Below, piece by piece: positions 9,979 through 20,915 of a stretch of 64,000 bases of DNA. The notes under the pieces were generated by a model that made no database searches, was not told where the DNA came from, and saw only the letters and a list, made by a program, of their open reading frames with translations. Position 1 is the first letter of the stretch. Every line of letters starts with the position of its first letter. Position numbers and translations under genes: made by a program. Source of the stretch: an uncultured Gemmatimonadales bacterium (lineage in GTDB: Bacteria; Gemmatimonadota; Gemmatimonadetes; Gemmatimonadales; Gemmatimonadaceae); assembly GCA_963701965.1 (NCBI GenBank), contig OY969695.1:2144001-2208000 (forward strand), in the 5' to 3' direction.

Positions 9979-10773
9979 ATGCGACCCACGCCCTATGAGC
10001 TGGCGGTCGGTTTCGGCACAAACTTCTTCGATGCCCTCGGCATCGGATCGTTCGCCACCACGACCGCGGCGTTCAAGGCCCGCAACGTGGTCCCGGACGA
10101 GCGGATCCCCGGCACGCTCAACGTCGGGCACCTGCCGCCGACGATCGCCGAGGCGTTCATCTACATCAGCGCGATCAACGTCGAGACGGTGACTTTGGTG
10201 GCGCTCATCGCCGGCGCGACGGCCGGCGCCTGGATGGGCGCCGGTGTCGTGAGCCGGTGGCCGCGCCCCGTCGTCCAGCGGGGCATGGCGATCGCGCTCC
10301 TGCTGACGGCGTCGTTCATGATCCTCCGACAGGTGGGACTCTTTCCGCCGGGCGGCGACGCGATCGGTCTGGCGCCGAAGTGGCTCGCGGTCGGAGTCCT
10401 GGGCAACGCGCTCTTCGGCGCGCTCATGACCCTCGGCGTGGGCATGTACGCGCCGTGCATGGGGATGGTCAGTCTCCTCGGCATGAGCCCGGCCACGGCC
10501 TTTCCCATCATGATGGGATCGTGCGCATTCCTGATGCCGGTGGCCAGTATCCGCTTCATGCGCGCCGGGGCCTACGCGCCGCGCGCCGCGCTGGGGTTGG
10601 CGCTCGGCGGCATTCCCGGTGTCCTGGTCGCCGCGTTCCTGGTAAAGTCGATCCCGTTGGGCGCCCTGCGCTGGCTGGTGGTCGGCGTCATCCTGTACAC
10701 CGCGGCCATCATGTGGCGATCGAGTCGCCTAGAGGCGAATGACCGCCTTGCCGCGGATGGCGCCCTGCCGTAG
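9979..10773 (+). CDS. TauE/SafE family membrane protein (sulfite exporter-like)
   Basis: NFFDALGIGSFA, GTLNVG, ALMTLGVGMYAPCM; multiple TM segments. Confidence 0.8.
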   Translation: MRPTPYELAVGFGTNFFDALGIGSFATTTAAFKARNVVPDERIPGTLNVGHLPPTIAEAFIYISAINVETVTLVALIAGATAGAWMGAGVVSRWPRPVVQRGMAIALLLTASFMILRQVGLFPPGGDAIGLAPKWLAVGVLGNALFGALMTLGVGMYAPCMGMVSLLGMSPATAFPIMMGSCAFLMPVASIRFMRAGAYAPRAALGLALGGIPGVLVAAFLVKSIPLGALRWLVVGVILYTAAIMWRSSRLEANDRLAADGALP

Positions 10774-10911
10774 GCGTTCGAGCAACTGTCCCACGCCGTC
10801 CAACGGTACCGTGGCGGCGATCCGCGCCGAGATTGCGCCGTCCGCCAAATCGTCGCCGCCGGGTCAGCGGCGATCGGGCGCCCTGTTCCTGCGCGACACC
10901 GACCATCGCGC

Positions 10912-11466
10912 TTACGGCAAAAGCTCGCGGGGAATCGGGGCGTCTTTGCGCTCGTCATCCCAGGACGCCGCCGTGATCCACCACCGCGTGCCGTCCCAGT
11001 AGAGATCGAGGCTATTCACGCCGCGGCCGGTCACCGGCCCAGTGCCGACGGCACGCGTCTCGTAGGTGCTCATGACGTGCGCGACGTTCCCCATCCGTTG
11101 CGTGGTCCGGTGGATCTCACGCTCGGCAAAGCCGCTCCGCACCAGCGAAGCATTCGTCGCATCCACGTATTCCTGATGGGTGTAGACGTTGACCGTGGGC
11201 GTCCCATCCTTCTTGACGCCCGCCGCGAAGAAGCGAATGCCCGGCCAGTACAGCGTGCGATCCCGACTCCACTGCCTCGGCTGCCCCGACCGGCCCGTAA
11301 TGACGTCGTAGTACGCGGCGACAATGCCGTCCATCGTCGCCACATCGGCCGGCCGCGCCGCGATCGTCGGCACGACGATCTTGGCTGGAGGCGGGCTCGA
11401 CTGACCGGAGACGCGTGCAAGCGGAGCCGACAGTAGTATCGCGACGACAGGGAAGAAACGACGCAT
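10912..11466 (-). CDS. Secreted hypothetical protein (NTF2-like fold probable)
   Basis: Signal peptide; FAEREI...GNVAHVMSTYE...RGVNSLDL...WWI pattern. Confidence 0.7.
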   Translation of the reverse strand: MRRFFPVVAILLSAPLARVSGQSSPPPAKIVVPTIAARPADVATMDGIVAAYYDVITGRSGQPRQWSRDRTLYWPGIRFFAAGVKKDGTPTVNVYTHQEYVDATNASLVRSGFAEREIHRTTQRMGNVAHVMSTYETRAVGTGPVTGRGVNSLDLYWDGTRWWITAASWDDERKDAPIPRELLP

Positions 11467-11565
11467 ATATGGGTGTTGGGGAGAGGGTCCTTGCCAAACC
11501 TACCGGAATAGGCTATCTTCGTAGTTCGTCGAGTGAATACTACGCCTCCCACGACCATCAAAGAC

Positions 11566-11603
11566 ATCGGGATTCGGCCTCCGAGCCGATCCCGATTTGT
11601 TTT
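11566..11603 (+). terminator. Terminator-like hairpin upstream of the cold-shock gene
   Basis: ATCGGGA-T-TCGGC/GCCGA-TCCCGAT stem followed by TTGTTTT. Confidence 0.5.
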
Positions 11604-11671
11604 ATATGGTAGTGTTGCCGGTGCTGATTTTCGCTCATATCCGACAACACTACAGTACAGGTACTAGGACA

Positions 11672-11884
11672 ATGCGTACGACAGGAACGGTCAAGTGGTT
11701 CAACGATGCCAAGGGGTTCGGTTTCATCACCCCCGAGGGTGGACAGAAGGATTGCTTCGTCCATCACTCGGCCATCCAAGGCTCCGGCTTCAAGTCGTTG
11801 GCCGAGGGTGAGCACGTCGAGTTCGAGATCGTGCAGGGCCAGAAGGGCCCGGCCGCCGAGAACGTGACGAAGCTGGCTCGCTAA
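11672..11884 (+). CDS. Cold-shock protein (CspA family), 70 aa
   Basis: [15 protein letters not shown] (RNP1) and DCFVHHSAI (RNP2); start at ATG 11672 after AGGA. Confidence 0.97.
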   Translation: MRTTGTVKWFNDAKGFGFITPEGGQKDCFVHHSAIQGSGFKSLAEGEHVEFEIVQGQKGPAAENVTKLAR

Positions 11885-11887
11885 GGC

Positions 11888-12367
11888 TCAGTCAGTGACC
11901 GTAGGTGGCGGCGGGTCGGGCTCACGCTCGATCCGCCGACACGTTTCCAGGTACAGTTTGTAGACTCCGGCCGCGACGCCCGGCCGTGACACCGTCCGTT
12001 GCAGCGTGCGCAGTTCGTCCGCGCAGGCGCCCAGCTCCTCCGTACCCAGTGCTCCACTGGTTAGCAGCAGTTCCAGGGTCGGGACCGGGTCGTTCAGCTG
12101 CAGGGCAGCACGCCAGGGATCCGCGGCTTGGGACTGCTCGCGCACCCCGCCGCCGAGTCGCACCAACCAACGCACCGCGCTGAGTTTCCGCGCCACCACG
12201 GCATCGTAGAGATGCGTGTGTCCCGTGATCGGCGAGACCGAGCCGATGGCCTCACGCAGCCGCACGCGATCTCGCCACATGACTTCCCCGAAGTCGGCCT
12301 TGATGAGGGCGGCGAGCTCGGAGTGCGGATCGCTGAACATTGCGAAGTGGTTGGTGCCAGGCGTCAT
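11888..12367 (-). CDS. Hypothetical protein with degenerate ankyrin-like repeats
   Basis: GHTHLYDAVVARKLSAVRWLVRLG and TLELLLTSGA resemble ankyrin repeats. Confidence 0.5.
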   Translation of the reverse strand: MTPGTNHFAMFSDPHSELAALIKADFGEVMWRDRVRLREAIGSVSPITGHTHLYDAVVARKLSAVRWLVRLGGGVREQSQAADPWRAALQLNDPVPTLELLLTSGALGTEELGACADELRTLQRTVSRPGVAAGVYKLYLETCRRIEREPDPPPPTVTD

Positions 12368-12471
12368 GAGGAAATATAGCCTCGGGGACGCTCATCGCGC
12401 TCCCATTGCTCGACCGCCAGGGCGAGGAGTCGCGCGATCAGTTCGGGATACGAGAGCCCGCTGCAAGACAT
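12364..12471 (-). pseudogene. 35-codon remnant resembling the C-terminus of D-Ala-D-Ala ligase
   Basis: MSCSGLSYPELIARLLALAVEQWERDE matches the Ddl terminal helix pattern (SGLSYxELIxRLIxLAxE). Confidence 0.55.
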
Positions 12472-14846
12472 TACTGGCGCGCCATGGCGATACCGATAGC
12501 CTCCTCCGGCGAGACCAGGTGATCGACGCTCACCGCGTCCTTGTCGATGGCGAGTTGCACGCCCTTGATGCGGCCCGAGAACCCGTTGCCCCGTGAGCCA
12601 TAGTCGGGCGACACCGGCGACCCGCTGTCTTCTCCGACGTCGCACCCATCGTCCGCGGAGAACACGATCGCCTCGGTGGCGTCGACTTTCCCCTGGCCGA
12701 CCTTCTGGCCATCGACATACAATGACGCCGTACCGCCCTTGCCCAGTCCGCCGCCGGCGTAGGCGAATTCCATCCGCACCTGGTGCTCACCGGGCGTCAA
12801 CGTGGCTTTCGATTCGACGCAAAAGAGCTGGATGCCGAACAGGTTGTAGCAGTATTTGAGTTTGCCCTCGTTGGCGTAGAGACTCCAGCCACCGATGTTG
12901 CCGCCTTGGGCGACGATCACGCCCTTGGCTCCCGTCGAGGGAACGACAATGTCGGCCGTCACCGAGTGCGACTTGTTCTTGAGATTGACGACCGAGTTCT
13001 CGGACAGTCGGCCCATGCCGCCAAAGAGCACTTGGGAATGGCCTTTGATCAATATCGGCCGGCCTGCCGTATCCGGGTTCATGCGCTCCGCGGTCCGGTC
13101 GTCTAGCGGCAGGACGTTATACCGTGTGGCCTCGATCAACCACAGCCGCTGCAGTTCGTGCAGCTTGTCGGGCATCTCCGGCGCCAGGTTGTGCGCCTGG
13201 CTCCAATCGGTGTTGGTGTCGTACAGCTCCCAGTTGTCGTCGTCGAACGCCGGTGTCTTCTCGCCGATGAGGAGCCACGGCGTCTTGTGTCGGGTCACGG
13301 CCGTCCACCCCTTGTGGTAGATGCCGCGGTTTCCGAACATTTCGAAGTACTGTGTCTCGTGGCGCTCGGCGGCCTTGGCGTCGTTGAACGTGTAGGCCAT
13401 GCTGACGCCTTCGATCGGATGCTGCTGGACGCCGTTGACGGAGAGCGGTTCCGGTAAGCCGGCCGCTTCCAGCAGGGTCGGGGCCACGTCGATCACGTGA
13501 TGGAACTGCGTGCGCATTTCGCCTTTCCCCGCGATGCCCTTGGGCCAGTGCACGATCGCCCCGTTGCGCGTGCCACCCCAATGCGAGGCCACCTGCTTGG
13601 TCCACTGATACGGCGTGTCCAAGGCGTGCGCCCAGCCCACCGCGTAGTGATTGTACGACTCCGGGCCACCGAGCTTGTCGAGCCGCTCAATGAGAAACTC
13701 GGGCGTCTCCAGCGCGGCGGCGCCATTGAAGTTGATCATCTCATTGTAGGTGCCATTGAGCGTCCCCTCGGCCGACGCGCCATTGTCGCCGATGACGTAG
13801 TAGATGAGCGTGTCGTCGAGCAGATTGATCCGTTCCAGCCCATCCACGAGTCGGCCGACATGGTAGTCGGCGTATTCCAAGTATCCGGCGTACACCTCCA
13901 TCTGCCGAATCAGGACCGGCTTGAGTGCCGCCGGCATCGCATCCCACGCCGGGATTTCCTTGGGCCGTGCCGTGAGCTGGCAATCCTGGGGAATGACGCC
14001 CAGCTTCTTTTGCCGGGCAAAAGTCTGCTCGCGAAGCGCGTCCCACCCCTGGTCGAACTTCCCCTTGTACTTGTCGGCCCATTCTTTGGGGACGTGGTGC
14101 GGCGCGTGGGTCGCACCGGGCGCGAAGTAGACGAAGAACGGCTTGTCGGGAATGAGCGCCTTCTGCTGCCCAATCCAGCCGATGGCCTTGTCCGTCATGT
14201 CCTCCATGAAGTGGTAGCCCTCTTCGGGCGTCCGCTTCGGATCGACGGGCGTGGTGCCTTCGTACAGCGTCGGATACCACTGGTTCGCCTCCCCGCCGAT
14301 GAACCCGTAGAAATACTCAAATCCGCCTCCGCCGGTCGGCCACGCGTCGAACGGGCCGGCGGGGCTGGTCTCCCACACGGGCACCTCATGGCATTTGCCG
14401 AACTGGGCCGTCCCATACCCGTTGAGCTTGAGCGTCCGGGCAATCGGTGAGCACGTGTTGGGCAGCACCGAGCTATAGCCAGGGGCTCCGCTGGCGATTT
14501 CGGTGATGCTGCCCATACCGACCGTGTGGTGATTCCGTCCGGTCAGCATAGCCTGGCGCGTGGGCGAGCACAGCGCCGTGGTGTGAAAGCGGGTGTACTT
14601 GAGGCCACCGCTCGCGAGACGCTCCGCGTTCGGCGTGTTGCAGGGACCACCGAACGCGCTCGACGACCCGAAGCCCGCGTCATTGATCAGGACGATCAGG
14701 ACGTTCGGTGCGCCCTTGGGCGGCCGCAGCTGGGGAATCGGCGGATAGTGGGTTTCCGGGTCCTTCGCATCATACGTGATGAGCCCCGTGCGCGGTCGAT
14801 CGGGGATAGGCAGAACGGTTCGCTGGATGTCGTCGAGCGAAGGCAT
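12471..14846 (-). CDS. Arylsulfatase, long form with C-terminal LamG-like domain (791 aa)
   Basis: Start MPSLDDIQ after GGAG; LCSPTRQAMLTGRNH (CxPxR), GKCH, HAPHH, GDNG; the track's upstream extension is spurious. Confidence 0.92.
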   Translation of the reverse strand: MPSLDDIQRTVLPIPDRPRTGLITYDAKDPETHYPPIPQLRPPKGAPNVLIVLINDAGFGSSSAFGGPCNTPNAERLASGGLKYTRFHTTALCSPTRQAMLTGRNHHTVGMGSITEIASGAPGYSSVLPNTCSPIARTLKLNGYGTAQFGKCHEVPVWETSPAGPFDAWPTGGGGFEYFYGFIGGEANQWYPTLYEGTTPVDPKRTPEEGYHFMEDMTDKAIGWIGQQKALIPDKPFFVYFAPGATHAPHHVPKEWADKYKGKFDQGWDALREQTFARQKKLGVIPQDCQLTARPKEIPAWDAMPAALKPVLIRQMEVYAGYLEYADYHVGRLVDGLERINLLDDTLIYYVIGDNGASAEGTLNGTYNEMINFNGAAALETPEFLIERLDKLGGPESYNHYAVGWAHALDTPYQWTKQVASHWGGTRNGAIVHWPKGIAGKGEMRTQFHHVIDVAPTLLEAAGLPEPLSVNGVQQHPIEGVSMAYTFNDAKAAERHETQYFEMFGNRGIYHKGWTAVTRHKTPWLLIGEKTPAFDDDNWELYDTNTDWSQAHNLAPEMPDKLHELQRLWLIEATRYNVLPLDDRTAERMNPDTAGRPILIKGHSQVLFGGMGRLSENSVVNLKNKSHSVTADIVVPSTGAKGVIVAQGGNIGGWSLYANEGKLKYCYNLFGIQLFCVESKATLTPGEHQVRMEFAYAGGGLGKGGTASLYVDGQKVGQGKVDATEAIVFSADDGCDVGEDSGSPVSPDYGSRGNGFSGRIKGVQLAIDKDAVSVDHLVSPEEAIGIAMARQ

Positions 14847-14942
14847 GAATGCTTCTCCAACGTGGGATCCCGAACAGAGTAGCGCGCGCGGGTGCCGACG
14901 ATCAGTGAACTCTAGGTCTAACATCACAGCGGACTGAGCGTC

Positions 14943-14971
14943 ACGGCTCTGGTCTCGTTGACCAGGGCCGT
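14943..14971. terminator. Stem-loop downstream of the PQQ dehydrogenase gene
   Basis: ACGGCTCTGGTC / GACCAGGGCCGT 12-bp stem with 5-nt loop; no U-tract on the minus strand. Confidence 0.4.
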
Positions 14972-14986
14972 TTGTACTAACAATCG

Positions 14987-17224
14987 CTAGCGCCGCCGGA
15001 GGACGAACGCCGCGTCCTGATGCTGGTGGTCGGCACAGGGTCCGTCGAGCGTCCCGCTCCCCTCCAGCACTGTGCCGCCGTTCCACAGCGCGAGCGCTGC
15101 CGTCACCGTCGCGGTGCAATTGTCCTTCGCGGGATACCGAAATGGGAACGCGATCGTCACCGTCCGTCCATTCTGGTGGGCCGTCACCGGACTGGTGATC
15201 TCGACCGAGTCGAGCTGGGCGCTCGCCGACACGGAGTCGCCCGGTGTCCGAAGCGTGACCGACATCCCGAAGTGGGCGGCACCAATGTGCATCGCCCCGG
15301 CCCAGTCGCCCGACAACGCACCGGACGTCGTATCCGGCACGGGCGCCCCGGGCCCAGGAAGCGTGAACGCCATCACATAGTCTCCCATCGCCGTGTGCAG
15401 CCGGTCGTGTCCACCGGCGGCGATCACGATGTACTGGCGACCGCCGGCCCGGTAGCTCATGGGGAGCGCGTGCGCGGCCGCCGGGAGCGCGGCGCTCCAC
15501 CGCTCCGTGCCGGTCTCGATGTCGAGCGCGCGGAGGTGCTGATCGTACGTGCCGGCAATGAACACGAGTCCGGACTTGGTGAGCAACGCGCCGCCGAGGT
15601 TGAACGATCCCCATTGGCGCGCGCCCGGTACGTGCTCGAGCGATGGGAACCATCCCAGCGGCACCTGCCACTTAATGACCCCGCGCGTGAGATCGAACCC
15701 GGTCAGCGTGCCCCACGGCGGCGGTGTGCACGTTCGTAGATCGGTGCGGCTCATCGCGTACGGCGTCCCGATCTGCCGGCCGTACTCGATATCGGGATGC
15801 GCCAGGTACGCAGCGTGCAGGCTGTCACGCGGGATCAGCCGAACGACCATGGCGAGTCGATTGACCGGGGCCACGAGAATGCCGCGACCCTCATCGACGG
15901 ACACACCCGACCAGTTCATCCCGCCCACGTTGCCGGGCCAGATGATCGTGCCCTCGAGGGACGGAGGCGTAAAGACGCCGTGAAAGCGCAGAGCCGCGAT
16001 CCGCGCGCGGCACGCCGCGCGGGCGGAATCGGACACGCCGAAGGCCTGGTCGGCCGAGAGGCTCTCGGGCGCGAAGCGGAACGCCGGGGGTGGGAACGGC
16101 TGCGTGGGAGCGGCGTGTTCGCCGGGCACGTCACTCGCAGGGACGGGGCGCTCTTCCACGGGCACGAGCGGGACGCCGGTGCGGCGATCGAGAAGGAAGA
16201 GATGCCCCATCTTCGTCGCGACCGCCACCGCCGGAACGACGTGGCCGGCGTGCCGCCACGTGAACAACACCGGCTGCGCCGGCACATCGTAGTCCCACAG
16301 ATCGTGATGCACGACCTGGAACGCCCACACCACGGCACCCGTGGACGCGCGCAGCGCGACCACGGAGTTCGCGTACCGGTTGTCGCCCGGGCGCTCGCCA
16401 CCATAGAAGTCGGGGCTGGCGCTCCCCACGGGAACAAGGAGGAGATCGCGCGCGGGATCCGCCGAAAAGATGCTCCACGCGTTGGCGGCGCCCGTATTGT
16501 GTACCGTGGGGAGGGGATCGAATCTCCAGCGGAGCGCGCCGGTGCGCGCGTCGAACGCCCGGATCACCCCATCGGGCGCGTCGGTGCGCCGATTGTCCGG
16601 GACCGCCGAGCCGACGATGACGAGCGCGCCGACGACGATCGGCGGGGACGTCACGCCATACTCCCAATGGTACTGGGGTTGGTGGCGCAGACCGACCGTG
16701 AGGTCGATCGTGCCGTGCTGGCCGAAGTCGTCACAGGGGCGACCGGTCCGTCCGTCCAACGCTATGAGCTGGGCGTTGATGGTGGCGACGTAGACGCGCA
16801 ACGCGCACGCGTCGCCAGGACGACCGGCCGACCACACGGCGACGCCGCGATTGGCGAAGTCGCCATAGTCGTCGCCGAAAGAGACAGGTCCGTCGTACTT
16901 CCACCGCTGTGCGCCGGTCGCGGGGTCGAGCGCCAGGACGCTGCCGAGCGGGGTGGAGACGTACAACGTGCCACCAGCCAGGATGGGAGTCGCCTCGAAC
17001 CGGCCACGGTCGGCCAGGAAGTCGCCCGTGCGTGCGATCCATGCCAAACGGAGCTGACCAACGTTCGTGCGGTCGATCCCGGCGAGCGGCGTGTAGCGCG
17101 TGCCGCCCGGATCCCGGCCGTACGCCGGCCACCCGCCCGAGTCGGACGGCGTTTGCGCCGCCGCGACGCTGGCGACGAGCAGGGCGAGTCCGCAGGCGGT
17201 GCGGTTCAGGCGGTTGGCGGGCAT
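14987..17224 (-). CDS. PQQ-dependent dehydrogenase (glucose/quinate-type), secreted
   Basis: Signal peptide, WPAYGRD, FEATP, NRGV, FQVVHHDLWDYD, NWSG, CTPPPWG; extra C-terminal domain. Confidence 0.9.
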   Translation of the reverse strand: MPANRLNRTACGLALLVASVAAAQTPSDSGGWPAYGRDPGGTRYTPLAGIDRTNVGQLRLAWIARTGDFLADRGRFEATPILAGGTLYVSTPLGSVLALDPATGAQRWKYDGPVSFGDDYGDFANRGVAVWSAGRPGDACALRVYVATINAQLIALDGRTGRPCDDFGQHGTIDLTVGLRHQPQYHWEYGVTSPPIVVGALVIVGSAVPDNRRTDAPDGVIRAFDARTGALRWRFDPLPTVHNTGAANAWSIFSADPARDLLLVPVGSASPDFYGGERPGDNRYANSVVALRASTGAVVWAFQVVHHDLWDYDVPAQPVLFTWRHAGHVVPAVAVATKMGHLFLLDRRTGVPLVPVEERPVPASDVPGEHAAPTQPFPPPAFRFAPESLSADQAFGVSDSARAACRARIAALRFHGVFTPPSLEGTIIWPGNVGGMNWSGVSVDEGRGILVAPVNRLAMVVRLIPRDSLHAAYLAHPDIEYGRQIGTPYAMSRTDLRTCTPPPWGTLTGFDLTRGVIKWQVPLGWFPSLEHVPGARQWGSFNLGGALLTKSGLVFIAGTYDQHLRALDIETGTERWSAALPAAAHALPMSYRAGGRQYIVIAAGGHDRLHTAMGDYVMAFTLPGPGAPVPDTTSGALSGDWAGAMHIGAAHFGMSVTLRTPGDSVSASAQLDSVEITSPVTAHQNGRTVTIAFPFRYPAKDNCTATVTAALALWNGGTVLEGSGTLDGPCADHQHQDAAFVLRRR

Positions 17225-17334
17225 CCGGAGAAGATGCGCCGAATGCCGCGGAGGGGAAGGATGTCGATGCATGCCTTAGTCCAATGGCCGATGGGCCCGG
17301 CACATTGGCATCGTGTGATCAAATGGAGGATCGC

Positions 17335-18714
17335 ATGCAGACGTTGGAAACGCGCATCGGCCCGATCGAGATCGAGAACGGATACCCGAGTCGGCAGACT
17401 GTGACCAAACTGTACGACGAGCTCGATTTCGAGCGCGCCGTGCAGGCGTATATCTGGGCCATGCCCATCGTCGCCATCGATGCGCTTCGTTTTGGGCTCG
17501 AACGGGACAGCGGGGTCAAGGCCAATGATGTCGCCGTGTTCAGCACGTACGTCACGCCCGACCAGATCGGACTCACCGCCAACAATACCACGATCTACGC
17601 GATCGCCGCGGTCGACCTGACGCGCGGACCGATGGTGATCGACTCGCCGCCGGAGGCGTACGGCGTGATCGACGACTATTGGCAACGTCCGCTGGTCGAG
17701 ATCGGGCCCTTTGGCCCCGACAAGGGTCGCGGCGGCCGGTTTGTCATCCTACCGCCCGACTCCAGCGATCAGGCGCCAGCGGGCAGCATCGCCGTCCGGT
17801 CCACGACACGGCGCGTAGTATATGTGGCGCGCGCCCTGGTGCGCGGCGGCGATGTCCAGAGCGCCGCCAACACCCTGCGCACGATCAGGATTTATCCGCT
17901 GGCGCTCGCCGCGAATCCCCCCGCCACACGGCTCGTCGATACATCCAACAATAAGAATGACACGATCGCGCCCGCGGGGTACGAGTATTGGTCCCGGCTG
18001 GCGGGGATCCTGGACATCGAGCCCGTGGAGGAACGGGACCGCTTCTTTCACGCCATGCTCAAACCGCTCGGCATCGAGAAGGGCAAGCCGTTCAAACCCG
18101 ACGAGCGTCAGCAGTCGCTCCTGACCGAGGCCGCCGTTATCGGCTTTCGCATGGCTCAGACCATCAGCATGGCACCGCGTTTCGAGAACGCGATGGCCTA
18201 TCCGGGCACGCATTGGGAATGGGTGCTGACGTTGAACCCGAATCAGGAAGCGGAAAACTACAGCCAGCTCGATGAGCGCACGGACTACACGTTCGAGGCG
18301 ATCACCGTGGCCGAGGGGATGGTCAAACCGCTCGTGGGTACTGGTTCGCAGTATATGAGCGCGGCCAAGGACGAAAAAGGCGACTGGCTCGATGGCGCCA
18401 AGAGCTACCGCCTACGCATCCCGACGGACGTTCCCGTCAAAGACTTCTGGGCCGTCACGGTCTACGACAATCTTACGAGATCCATGATCAAGACGGATAC
18501 CGGCAAATCCGGCGTGTCGAGTCAGGACAATCTGCAGAGCAATCCCGACGGCTCGATCGATGTGTTCTTCGGCCCGAATGGTCCGGCCAGTGGAACGTCC
18601 AACTGGATCAAGACGACCCCGGGCAACGGTTGGTTCACGTATTTTCGGTGGTACGGCCCGACCCAGGCGTTCTTCGACAAATCCTGGACGCTGCCGGACA
18701 TCCAACTCAGCTGA
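17335..18714 (+). CDS. DUF1254/DUF1214 domain protein
   Basis: GGAGGA RBS; LYDELDFERAVQAYIWAMP, LTANNTTIY, FWAVTVYD, RWYGP. Confidence 0.85.
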   Translation: MQTLETRIGPIEIENGYPSRQTVTKLYDELDFERAVQAYIWAMPIVAIDALRFGLERDSGVKANDVAVFSTYVTPDQIGLTANNTTIYAIAAVDLTRGPMVIDSPPEAYGVIDDYWQRPLVEIGPFGPDKGRGGRFVILPPDSSDQAPAGSIAVRSTTRRVVYVARALVRGGDVQSAANTLRTIRIYPLALAANPPATRLVDTSNNKNDTIAPAGYEYWSRLAGILDIEPVEERDRFFHAMLKPLGIEKGKPFKPDERQQSLLTEAAVIGFRMAQTISMAPRFENAMAYPGTHWEWVLTLNPNQEAENYSQLDERTDYTFEAITVAEGMVKPLVGTGSQYMSAAKDEKGDWLDGAKSYRLRIPTDVPVKDFWAVTVYDNLTRSMIKTDTGKSGVSSQDNLQSNPDGSIDVFFGPNGPASGTSNWIKTTPGNGWFTYFRWYGPTQAFFDKSWTLPDIQLS

Positions 18715-18946
18715 GACCCACCGCCGCGCGAGCGTCCTCCAGCGCGGCGGTCGGGACCCGCACTGTCACCCCACGCGCCGTCGCTCCCTGGAACCCGGGG
18801 CCGAAGATGCCAACCGTGTCGTTGTTGTCACGAACCGCCGGAATCTCCGCCGCTTCCAGCAAGCCCATCGCGAAGTCGGCCTCGAACCCCGAGGCGTACG
18901 TAGCGAGCACGGCCCATCCGCTGTCGCTCGGCGTTTTGTGCATCAC
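18707..18946 (-). CDS. Small putative signal-transducing protein (DUF2007-like)
   Basis: TYASGFEADFAMGLLEAAEIPA...VTVRVP pattern. Confidence 0.65.
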   Translation of the reverse strand: MMHKTPSDSGWAVLATYASGFEADFAMGLLEAAEIPAVRDNNDTVGIFGPGFQGATARGVTVRVPTAALEDARAAVGLS

Positions 18947-18961
18947 CTTAACTTATCGCAC

Positions 18962-19396
18962 ATGACCCCAACGGGGATATCGCCGACGACGTTCGGCGCG
19001 ATCTTGCCGGAGGATGTCGAGTGGCTGGCGTTCGCGGCATTCCCTCCGTCCGTTCGGTTGGCCGTCCTCGTCGGCGATCCAACGCAGCCCGGCCCCTTCG
19101 TCATCAGAGTGAAAGTGCCGCGCGGCGTCAAACTGATGCCCCACCGGCATCCCGAAGATCGCATCTATACCGTGATCTCAGGAGTGTTCTACATCGGCCG
19201 CGGCACCGCGTTCGATGCGGAGAAACTGACGGCGTACGCCCCGGGCAGTGTCGTCGTCCTCCCCGGGAATACGCCGCACTTTCACTGGGCCCGATCCGGC
19301 GAGTACGTGAGCCAGGTCAACGCCATCGGTCCGCTAGGCCTCGACTATGTAGACGCGGCCGATGATCCGCGACAACGTCCGGCCCGCGGGAGCTAA
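18962..19396 (+). CDS. Cupin domain protein
   Basis: PHRHPEDRIYTVISG and PGNTPHF cupin motifs. Confidence 0.85.
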   Translation: MTPTGISPTTFGAILPEDVEWLAFAAFPPSVRLAVLVGDPTQPGPFVIRVKVPRGVKLMPHRHPEDRIYTVISGVFYIGRGTAFDAEKLTAYAPGSVVVLPGNTPHFHWARSGEYVSQVNAIGPLGLDYVDAADDPRQRPARGS

Positions 19397-19499
19397 CGCT
19401 CGCATCGCCCTTCCGAAAAGACGACGGGCAGACGCGTGAGAGACGCGGGCCTCCGTACGATGGCACTCCAGTTGACCCATTCATACCGGAGAACGCTCC

Positions 19500-19889
19500 A
19501 TGCCATCGTGCCACCGCCTTGCTCTCATCACCCTCGCCGCGTGCGTCGCCTGGTGTGCGGGAGCGACGACGCTTGCCGCCCAGACGATCGACCCCAATGA
19601 GACGGGGCTGCCCATGTATCCGCACTTCACACAGGGGAGACAGTACCAACCGCCGCAGCACGACAGTGGCCGCGCCTACCACGTCTACACGGCAGGAACG
19701 AATGACTCCCTGCCGAGCGTGGAGGCGTGGTACCGGCACGCGATGCCGGGCGCAAAAGAGTCGCCCATCAAGAATGGGTTCATGACCGGCATTGCCTTGA
19801 CCGCGGGCGGCAACAAGGTCCAGGTCTACCAGCTCGGCAGCGCGAGGGGTGCCGTCGTGGAGCTGTGGAAGCTTCTGCCAGCGCAGTGA
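19500..19889 (+). CDS. Hypothetical secreted protein
   Basis: GGAG RBS, signal peptide ending LAA-Q, GLPMYP motif. Confidence 0.65.
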   Translation: MPSCHRLALITLAACVAWCAGATTLAAQTIDPNETGLPMYPHFTQGRQYQPPQHDSGRAYHVYTAGTNDSLPSVEAWYRHAMPGAKESPIKNGFMTGIALTAGGNKVQVYQLGSARGAVVELWKLLPAQ

Positions 19890-19898
19890 CCAAACCCG

Positions 19899-20915
<1,017 letters not shown>

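Noticed and set aside
14847..15671. N-terminal extension making the sulfatase 1066 aa
   Set aside because: Overlaps the PQQ dehydrogenase in another frame; RBS and family start lie at 14846.
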